Below are positions 57,590 to 64,000 of a DNA stretch of 64,000 bases, piece after piece. The stretch comes from Candidatus Enterousia sp. (GTDB lineage Bacteria; Pseudomonadota; Alphaproteobacteria; Rs-D84): the NCBI GenBank assembly GCA_045647355.1, contig JAZRMF010000001.1, positions 350,679 to 414,678 of the forward strand. The letters run 5' to 3'. A program made the position numbers and the translations under genes. Within the stretch, counting starts at the first letter, position 1. Every line of letters begins with the position of its first letter. The notes below the pieces were generated by a model, which saw only the letters and a program-made list of their open reading frames with translations, was not told where the DNA came from and made no database searches.

Positions 57590-59764
57590 ATGGAAAATAT
57601 GAAGATAAAATATTTTGTCTGCCTGTTGGCAATTATTCCTTGTATTGCGTTTGGTGCGGCGCGCGAAGGTGTGCGTACCGGGATTCGTGGTGCGTCCATG
57701 GCATCGGTTGCGTCTGCGAACAAGGTAAAAGGTATGTCCAAGGCAAAATCAAAAGCCAAGGTTCAAGATGTCGTGGTTGAAGAAGAACCTGTGGAAGAGG
57801 TTGAAATAGAAGAAATAGTTGTCGAAGAAGAACCTGTCAAAGAACAGGAAAAGAACGAAGATACAAAGCTGGATGCAGAAGAATGTCGTGATGCATATCG
57901 TGAATGTATGGATGATTTTTGTATGTTGGATGAATCTGAAGGTGGCCGTTGTTCGTGTTCGGATAACATAAAACAGTCAAAAAGTTTAATCCAAGAAATT
58001 CAAAAAATTCAACAGGAAGCCGAAAAATTATACACCGAAGGTGTTGAAAAAGAACGTCTTGGCGCCAAGGCAAAATTTGTTAAGTTTGGTGAAAGTGAAA
58101 AGGCAAAAAAGTCTTCCCGTGTGTCTGGTATAGATTTGGCGGCATGGATAAATGGTTCGGATAGTGAAAGTTTAGAGGCCGATGATGATATCGGCGAAAA
58201 CCTTTATGCAATGGCGGCGGATTCTTGCGAAGAAGTTTTGAAAAAGTGCGATAAAAAACGTGGCGAAATGGAAGCCAAACTTTATCAACGCGAAGTTGTA
58301 AAAGATTGCAAGGCATTTAGCGGATATTTGGCGGAACAGAAAAATGCGGCACAATCTAATAAACGTACGGCCGAGGCCGCGGTTCGTTCTGCAAAATTGG
58401 ATATGTTGGGAACCACAGAAAAGTATAATCGTGGTGAATGTTTGTTGGCATATCGTGCGTGCATTGCTGACAAGGGTGGCTGCGGTGTCAATTTTGAAAA
58501 CTGTCTGGATGCAGATTTGTTGGCGCGTCGTTCGCATGCGTGTGAAAATGTCCTTGATCAATGTATGTCTGTTAAGACGTACGTTTTGCAAGATTGGGAG
58601 GCCGAATCCAAGACGGTTCTTGCCGATGCCGCAATTTATAGCGACAAAAATATGCGCCGCACATGTTTGGCTCAAATTCAGGCGTGTTTGGAAGATGGGT
58701 GCAGTACGTCGACCAATTCTGCGTGTTTAACTAATGTTAAGGTTGCCGCGGGTGTTTGTCCAATTATTACGGATTGTGAGAAAAAGATTCCTGGTATCCA
58801 GGGGGCCATAAATGATAAGTTGGCTGAATTACGTACACGTTTTTGTCAAAACGACGTTGATAAATGTTTGCAGGCAAAATGTGGTGTTAATTATACTGCG
58901 CCGGAATGTGTTGGTAAAAAGACATCAGAAATTGTTGCCATGTGCCCACAGGGTATGTTTGCGTCATGCAAAAATGAAAAATTCTTTAGCGTGATTGTTC
59001 AATCTACACTGTTACAAATGGACTATCAGATGTTGGAAGGTTGCAAAAATTATTACGCGGATGCATTGGGCAAGGTGTGCGGAATGGATATGAATTGCTT
59101 GCCGGGCAGTACGGTGGTTGAAGCATTAGATAAAACACCAAGTGATATCGCAGAAATTGAAGGCGAGGTTCGTGCGGAAAGTAAAAATGCGGTTGATGAA
59201 TTCTTTAAACGTTTTGAAACGGAACAAACAGTTGCGGCATGTAAAAGTTCACAACAACCGTCGGGTTCCAGCCGCAAGAGTTTGAAAGATGCGATGTTCT
59301 TGTTTACAAAACAGGCGGCTGAGATTCAGGCAGAAAACCGCTATCTGACCGATTTCCGTACTAAACTGGCGGAATTATCGCGTAAAGAGGATGTTGCCAA
59401 GGCAGAAAAGAATTGTTATGCACAATACAAGGTTGAAAAGAAACCAGAAGTCAAGGATGACGAATTAGGCTCTTATTCTTATATCCGCAGTGTGTCGTTT
59501 GAACCGTCTTTGCGTAACTGTCACGTATGTCGTATGCAACGCGTGTGCGAAGTTGGTGGCGAATCCAAAGCAACGTCTGCATTAAAGGCGGCGGCGGGTG
59601 GTTTAACTGCTGGGGCATCTGCTGGAACTATGGTTAGTGCCGGTTGGGGAACCGCGATTGGTGCCGTTGTTGGTGGTGTTGGTGCTGGTTTATTGGGTAT
59701 GGCATCTGGTGGCGAGAAGGAATTCTGCCAAGAAATAGAATCTTGTGAAGATATAAACATGTAA
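57590..59764 (+). CDS. giant Cys-rich secreted protein, family A
   Basis: Signal peptide. Acidic (EEEPVEE)n region. Motif CRDAYRECMDDFCMLDESEGGRCSCS. Confidence 0.8.
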   Translation: MENMKIKYFVCLLAIIPCIAFGAAREGVRTGIRGASMASVASANKVKGMSKAKSKAKVQDVVVEEEPVEEVEIEEIVVEEEPVKEQEKNEDTKLDAEECRDAYRECMDDFCMLDESEGGRCSCSDNIKQSKSLIQEIQKIQQEAEKLYTEGVEKERLGAKAKFVKFGESEKAKKSSRVSGIDLAAWINGSDSESLEADDDIGENLYAMAADSCEEVLKKCDKKRGEMEAKLYQREVVKDCKAFSGYLAEQKNAAQSNKRTAEAAVRSAKLDMLGTTEKYNRGECLLAYRACIADKGGCGVNFENCLDADLLARRSHACENVLDQCMSVKTYVLQDWEAESKTVLADAAIYSDKNMRRTCLAQIQACLEDGCSTSTNSACLTNVKVAAGVCPIITDCEKKIPGIQGAINDKLAELRTRFCQNDVDKCLQAKCGVNYTAPECVGKKTSEIVAMCPQGMFASCKNEKFFSVIVQSTLLQMDYQMLEGCKNYYADALGKVCGMDMNCLPGSTVVEALDKTPSDIAEIEGEVRAESKNAVDEFFKRFETEQTVAACKSSQQPSGSSRKSLKDAMFLFTKQAAEIQAENRYLTDFRTKLAELSRKEDVAKAEKNCYAQYKVEKKPEVKDDELGSYSYIRSVSFEPSLRNCHVCRMQRVCEVGGESKATSALKAAAGGLTAGASAGTMVSAGWGTAIGAVVGGVGAGLLGMASGGEKEFCQEIESCEDINM

Positions 59765-59767
59765 GGT

Positions 59768-62221
59768 ATGACGATGAAAATACTAAAATATGGTATGTTG
59801 GCCGTCGCGTTGGGTGTGCCGTGCTTGTTGATTGCGGCGCCGGCGGCGAAGAAGCAGTCTGCAATCCAAGAAGGAACCACCGTTCGGACCAAAACAGCCG
59901 CCAAGGGTGTTTATTCCGAAGAATGTTATGAAGAATACTATGGCTGTATGGATCAGTTTTGTATTTCAGAAAATGAAAACGGGGGCAGTTGTACGTGCAG
60001 TAATAAATATGCCAAATATGAACGCGAATTGTCCGAAATAAATGACACCCTGGCCGAGGCTGAAAGAATCAAAACGGTTGAAGTTGAAAAAGTAAAACTT
60101 GGCGCCAATGCGGATATTGTTTTTAATGGTGAACGCAAATATGATGACAAAGGTAATGTTATCGCCCTGGGCAAGGATTCAAAAACATCCAAGGCATCAA
60201 AAAAGCAAGATTTGTTAAAGATGTTCGAAACAAAACTGGAAGATGATGACGATGAAGACGATGGCGATATCATGAGCAAAAAAGGCGCAGCGTTATTTAC
60301 TGCGGCGGATGCAACATGTACGGAACAGATGGAAGATTCTTGTTCGAAAGATTTGAAAATTCTGCGTCAAATGTATCAACGTCAAATAGAATCTGATTGC
60401 CAAGGGTTTGCAAATAGTATTAAAAAACAGAAAAATGCGGCCAAGAATGCGGTGGCCCAGGCCGAAACAGATGTTCGTACGGCACTTAAAGAAAGTTTTG
60501 ATAGTGCGAATAAATACAACCAGGGTGAATGCATGGTTGAATTTAAAAAGTGCATGCAGGGACCAGACGCGTGCGGCACGGATTGGATAAATTGTGTTTC
60601 AACAATCGCATCAGAAAATATGCAAAACAAGGCGGCCAAAAGCACTGCGGGAACCAAGGCAAAAACAACTGTCACATATGATATAAGCCCATCTGTATTG
60701 GATCGGTTGGATGCAAAACGTACAATATGTGAACGTGTGTTGGATCAATGTATGGCGGTACGTGATACGGTTTGGACCGTGTTCTTGCGCGAAGCGGCAC
60801 CGACACTTAAACTTGCCGAACAACAGGCCGAATCCAAATTCCGCCAGTCTTGTTTAACAGATATCGCAGATTGTATCCAAACGGCATGTCGTGATGATAT
60901 CGCGGGCAAGGGTGTCGCAACAATGGATTCATGTTTGTCACGTCCCGATATGGCGCGTTCTTTCTGCAAGGTTCAAATTGACCCTTGTGAACGTATGGAA
61001 CCATTGATTTGGGGATATGTGACGGATAAACTGGCGGCGATGCGTGTTGATGCCTGTACCCAGGAAGTCAAAGATTGCTTTATGGATGATAATCGTTGCG
61101 GTAAAGACTTTATGAATTGTATTGGTATGGATTATGAATTTATACATGGCCTGTGTCCGTTGGATAAATTGGTGGTATGTAAAAAGAATAATCCGAATTT
61201 CAAAATGGAAGATATTGATTCCATGATTATGGGGTTATATCTGAATATCGATAATACGGCGTTAGAAACTTGCCAGAACATAGTTAATGCCAAGATGACA
61301 GAAATATGCGGTTCTACCACAGATTGCAACAAGTTTGCAACAGATGATGTTATCGGTACGGGCAGTTTACGCAGTGTCAAAGATAAAAACATATATCGTA
61401 TTACTGGGTTGATTTCTTTCGGCGCATTAAAGATGGAAAACGAGGGTGAAAATGTTGGTAAAATTGACATTACTGAATACATGGAAAATGCCCGCAAGAA
61501 TATAGATAATGTGCCAAATGGTGAAGAAATTTTGAAATCTATCGAAATGGAATTGCAAAGTGTGGCCAGCAATATTAATCGGGTCATCGATTTAATTGCG
61601 TCTGATACCAAGATTCAATACTGTGTAACGGGACGTAATTTGGAACAGATTGTTGGCGAAAAGGGTGCGCGTATGACCAAGGCACGTTTCCCAAATCTGT
61701 TGAATCAGTTAAAGATGGAAATATCGATGGCGGCATTGCGCCAGGCCCAAACCAATTATCAGACAAAGTATAATGAATATCTGACCCAGGCAACCAAGGA
61801 TGCATCGGCTGATGTTGCACAATACATGTGTCAAATGTTGCCGTTGTCTAATGGGGCGCCGGTTGGTAGCAAAGATCTTAAAGACGAAAATGTTGGGCTG
61901 AACCCGCCGTACGCAATAAGTTATGATGTTGGTGCCGGGTTTAGTAAGAAAATTCTTGCCCAGGGTGGAAAGTCCACAACAAATTCGGGAACAACCAAGA
62001 TTTCAATGGCCAAGAACCGGAAGATAGATTTGCCGGGTGGGTCGCGTGAAGTGTGGGCAACATTTAATCGTGAAACGCGAGTTTGTCATATGTGTTCTTC
62101 GACGATAACCAAAAATTGTACTTCGGAATATAAGAACGGATTTTGGGGATTGGGACGCAAGAGCAATGTTGATTGCACGGAATCAGAACCAGTTGAAAAG
62201 TGCGAAGATATAGAAATGTAA
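59768..62221 (+). CDS. giant Cys-rich secreted protein, family A (closest paralog of 3205..6132)
   Basis: CYEEYYGCMDQFCISENENGGSCTCS motif. …RSFCKVQIDPCERMEP…RVDACTQEVKDC… and KARFPNLL align with the 3205 protein. Confidence 0.8.
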   Translation: MTMKILKYGMLAVALGVPCLLIAAPAAKKQSAIQEGTTVRTKTAAKGVYSEECYEEYYGCMDQFCISENENGGSCTCSNKYAKYERELSEINDTLAEAERIKTVEVEKVKLGANADIVFNGERKYDDKGNVIALGKDSKTSKASKKQDLLKMFETKLEDDDDEDDGDIMSKKGAALFTAADATCTEQMEDSCSKDLKILRQMYQRQIESDCQGFANSIKKQKNAAKNAVAQAETDVRTALKESFDSANKYNQGECMVEFKKCMQGPDACGTDWINCVSTIASENMQNKAAKSTAGTKAKTTVTYDISPSVLDRLDAKRTICERVLDQCMAVRDTVWTVFLREAAPTLKLAEQQAESKFRQSCLTDIADCIQTACRDDIAGKGVATMDSCLSRPDMARSFCKVQIDPCERMEPLIWGYVTDKLAAMRVDACTQEVKDCFMDDNRCGKDFMNCIGMDYEFIHGLCPLDKLVVCKKNNPNFKMEDIDSMIMGLYLNIDNTALETCQNIVNAKMTEICGSTTDCNKFATDDVIGTGSLRSVKDKNIYRITGLISFGALKMENEGENVGKIDITEYMENARKNIDNVPNGEEILKSIEMELQSVASNINRVIDLIASDTKIQYCVTGRNLEQIVGEKGARMTKARFPNLLNQLKMEISMAALRQAQTNYQTKYNEYLTQATKDASADVAQYMCQMLPLSNGAPVGSKDLKDENVGLNPPYAISYDVGAGFSKKILAQGGKSTTNSGTTKISMAKNRKIDLPGGSREVWATFNRETRVCHMCSSTITKNCTSEYKNGFWGLGRKSNVDCTESEPVEKCEDIEM

Positions 62222-62236
62222 TAAAAGGTAAAAATT

Positions 62237-63133
62237 ATGGAAGCTAATGTAGTAGAAGGTGTTGTTGGTAATGCAGTAGAGGCCGTTCAGGCTGTGCCTG
62301 AAAAAGTGCAGGCCAGTGCCGCTGCGTTAAAAGATATGATTTCATCGTTGACCGGTATGGCGGTTGATTTCGGTTTGAAATTATTGGCGGCGATTATTGT
62401 ATTGGCCGGTGGTATGTGGATTGCAAAACGTATTGCGCGTTCGTTTAAACGCATGTTGGAACGTCGTAATGCCGATGCATCGTTGGTATCGTTTCTGGGG
62501 TCGTTTATAAATATTCTGTTGCGGATATTTGTTGTGATAATATCGTTGGCTACGGTCGGTGTTCAAATGACATCTATCGTTGCCGTTCTTGGTGCGGCGT
62601 CATTGGCGGTTGGTATGGCGCTGTCTGGGACAATGCAGAATTTTGCCGGTGGTATAATCATCATGTTTTTAAAACCGTTCAAGGTTGATGATATAATTGT
62701 AACCGCCGATGGCAAAGCCGGTGTCGTCAAAAAGATTATGATTTTCACAACTGAACTGCATACTTTTGATAACCAGGTTGTGTTGTTGCCTAATGGTCCA
62801 CTTGCCAACAGTCAGATTACAAACCTGTCTGTGAATGACACGCGGCGCATGGACTTTACGGTGGCGATTTCCTATGGCGATAATATTGATACGGCGCGCA
62901 AAGAAATACTTGCGATATTAAAGGCCAATAAAAAGATATTGAAAACGCCGGAACCGGTGGTGTTCGTGTCTGATTTGGCGGACAGTGCGGTTGTGTTGGG
63001 CGTGCGGTATTGGATATCTGCGGCGGATTTCTTGCCAAGTCGTGGTGACATGTTAGAACAGATTTATAACAAATTACCGAAAAAGAAAATACACTTCCCA
63101 TTTCCGCAAATGGATGTGCATGTTAAGAAATAG
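62237..63133 (+). CDS. mscS: small-conductance mechanosensitive channel (MscS family)
   Basis: 3 TM helices then …GTMQNFAGGIIIMFLKPFKVDDIIVTADGKAGVVKKIMIFTTEL…, the MscS pore and beta-domain signature. Confidence 0.85.
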   Translation: MEANVVEGVVGNAVEAVQAVPEKVQASAAALKDMISSLTGMAVDFGLKLLAAIIVLAGGMWIAKRIARSFKRMLERRNADASLVSFLGSFINILLRIFVVIISLATVGVQMTSIVAVLGAASLAVGMALSGTMQNFAGGIIIMFLKPFKVDDIIVTADGKAGVVKKIMIFTTELHTFDNQVVLLPNGPLANSQITNLSVNDTRRMDFTVAISYGDNIDTARKEILAILKANKKILKTPEPVVFVSDLADSAVVLGVRYWISAADFLPSRGDMLEQIYNKLPKKKIHFPFPQMDVHVKK

Positions 63134-63143
63134 CGATTATTAC

Positions 63144-63169
63144 ATGGGGCAAAAGCCCCATGTTTTGTT
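63144..63169 (+). terminator. intrinsic terminator after mscS
   Basis: atggggc-aaaa-gccccat followed by GTTTTGTT. Confidence 0.5.
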
Positions 63170-63214
63170 ACACCACTTGTTTTTTTTGAAAAATAGGTTA
63201 TAATAACCATACGT

Positions 63215-63290
63215 GCGCCCGTAGCACAATGGATAATGCAACAGATTTCTAATCTGTGGATTGCAGGTTCGAGTCCTGCCGGGCGTGCCA
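63215..63290 (+). tRNA. tRNA-Arg (anticodon TCT)
   Basis: Acceptor stem GCGCCCG/CGGGCGT, anticodon stem ACAGA/TCTGT with loop TTTCTAA, T-arm GCAGG-TTCGAGT-CCTGC, and encoded CCA. A T8 run follows. Confidence 0.85.
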
Positions 63291-63387
63291 TTTTTTTTAC
63301 TTGGTAATTTTTTATCCGCTTTTGTTCCTGTGTTATGATTATGGCGGGTGTGGTATAATTTTCCCATATAAACAAAGGGGGAATTAT

Positions 63388-63864
63388 ATGATGAAAAAAT
63401 GTATGTGGTTTGTTATCGCCATGGTGATTTCTTTCATGCCAGGAATATTTGGTGTGTTCTTTACGCCACATGGACATTCAAATATTTGGTATAATAGTTT
63501 GATTAAATCGGGACTGACACCGCCAGGATGGGTGTTTTCTGTTGCGTGGACAGTACTGTATATATTATTGGGTGTTGCGTTGTATTTAATTATTCGCGCC
63601 GCGCGCAAAAATATTAACAAAATACGTGCGTATGTTTTCTTTGGCGCGCAATTGGTGTTAAACGGATTTTGGTCTTATATGTTCTTTGGCGCGCATTTGC
63701 CAGGGTTTGCGTTGGTGACATTATTGGTACTGTTCACAGTTGCGGTATGGATGGCGCGTGTGTTTGGCGAAATTAATCGCCCAGCGGCATATTTGATTAT
63801 TCCATATATCTTGTGGATGATGTTTGCTTTCTATTTGAACGCGTACATTGTTTTGATGAATTAA
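63388..63864 (+). CDS. tspO: TspO/MBR family tryptophan-rich sensory protein
   Basis: RBS AAGGGGGA and start MMKKCMW. 5-TM protein with …LTPPGWVFSVAWTVLYILLGVALYL… The ORF track start 63256 overlaps the tRNA and is rejected. Confidence 0.8.
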   Translation: MMKKCMWFVIAMVISFMPGIFGVFFTPHGHSNIWYNSLIKSGLTPPGWVFSVAWTVLYILLGVALYLIIRAARKNINKIRAYVFFGAQLVLNGFWSYMFFGAHLPGFALVTLLVLFTVAVWMARVFGEINRPAAYLIIPYILWMMFAFYLNAYIVLMN

Positions 63865-64000
63865 ATCTTCAAGACCTTGAATGCAGGGTCGCCAACGTTT
63901 AAGTATTTCAGCCCCAGTTCTTCAACGTAATCGGGGCTGTAATTTTGTAATAATTTTATATGGCGATTCATGGTTTCAAGTTTCAATTGTTCGACCGCAA
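63861..64000 (-). CDS. 3' end (partial) of a minus-strand gene running off the window
   Basis: Open frame …ETMNRHIKLLQNYSPDYVEELGLKYLNVGDPAFKVLKI*, convergent with tspO. Too short in the window to classify. Confidence 0.3.
   Translation of the reverse strand, partial: AVEQLKLETMNRHIKLLQNYSPDYVEELGLKYLNVGDPAFKVLKI

Noticed and set aside
63064-63477. ORFs 63064..63477 (-) and 63256..63864 (+, long form) overlapping tRNA-Arg
   Set aside because: They cross a canonical tRNA. The TspO gene has a proper RBS and start at 63388, and the minus ORF has no support.

Overview
Annotation and hunt over a 64-kb window from a roughly 40-45% GC bacterial chromosome. From gene content it is most likely a host-associated alphaproteobacterium. 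It carries a CcrM-type adenine methyltransferase with the C-terminal extension typical of CcrM. It also encodes secreted ankyrin-repeat, leucine-rich-repeat and Pmp-repeat proteins, and large families of cysteine-rich secreted paralogs.

Housekeeping genes are recognisable directly: rpoA, rplQ, nrdR, slt, rnhB, pgk, tpiA, grpE, clpP, clpX, infA, a PpiD-like chaperone, MscS, TspO, tRNA-Gln and tRNA-Arg. They are interleaved with accessory blocks:
- Two clusters of giant Cys-rich secreted paralogs, at 3.2-14.1 kb on the minus strand and 54.0-62.2 kb on the plus strand.
- A complete diversity-generating retroelement (DGR) at 21.2-24.7 kb: a target gene with a C-terminal variable region (VR), a template repeat (TR) whose differences from the VR all fall on template adenines, and a DGR-type reverse transcriptase.
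- A grab-bag accessory region at 24.7-37.7 kb: Ntn hydrolase, PHP, NUDIX, ASCH, GNAT, SemiSWEET-like, HD-domain, RBBP9-like hydrolase, GT8 glycosyltransferase and two tandem kinase-fold proteins. It contains a repeated intergenic module (4 copies) that encodes conserved small convergent ORFs.
- A trimeric autotransporter with chlamydial Pmp-type repeats at 37.9-41.9 kb.

Other observations: an A10 homopolymer where a -1 slip would fuse two Cys-rich ORFs, a ThyX-fold protein lacking the RHR motif, and an L17 with a histone-H1-like tail. No rRNA, CRISPR array, transposase or prophage genes were seen.
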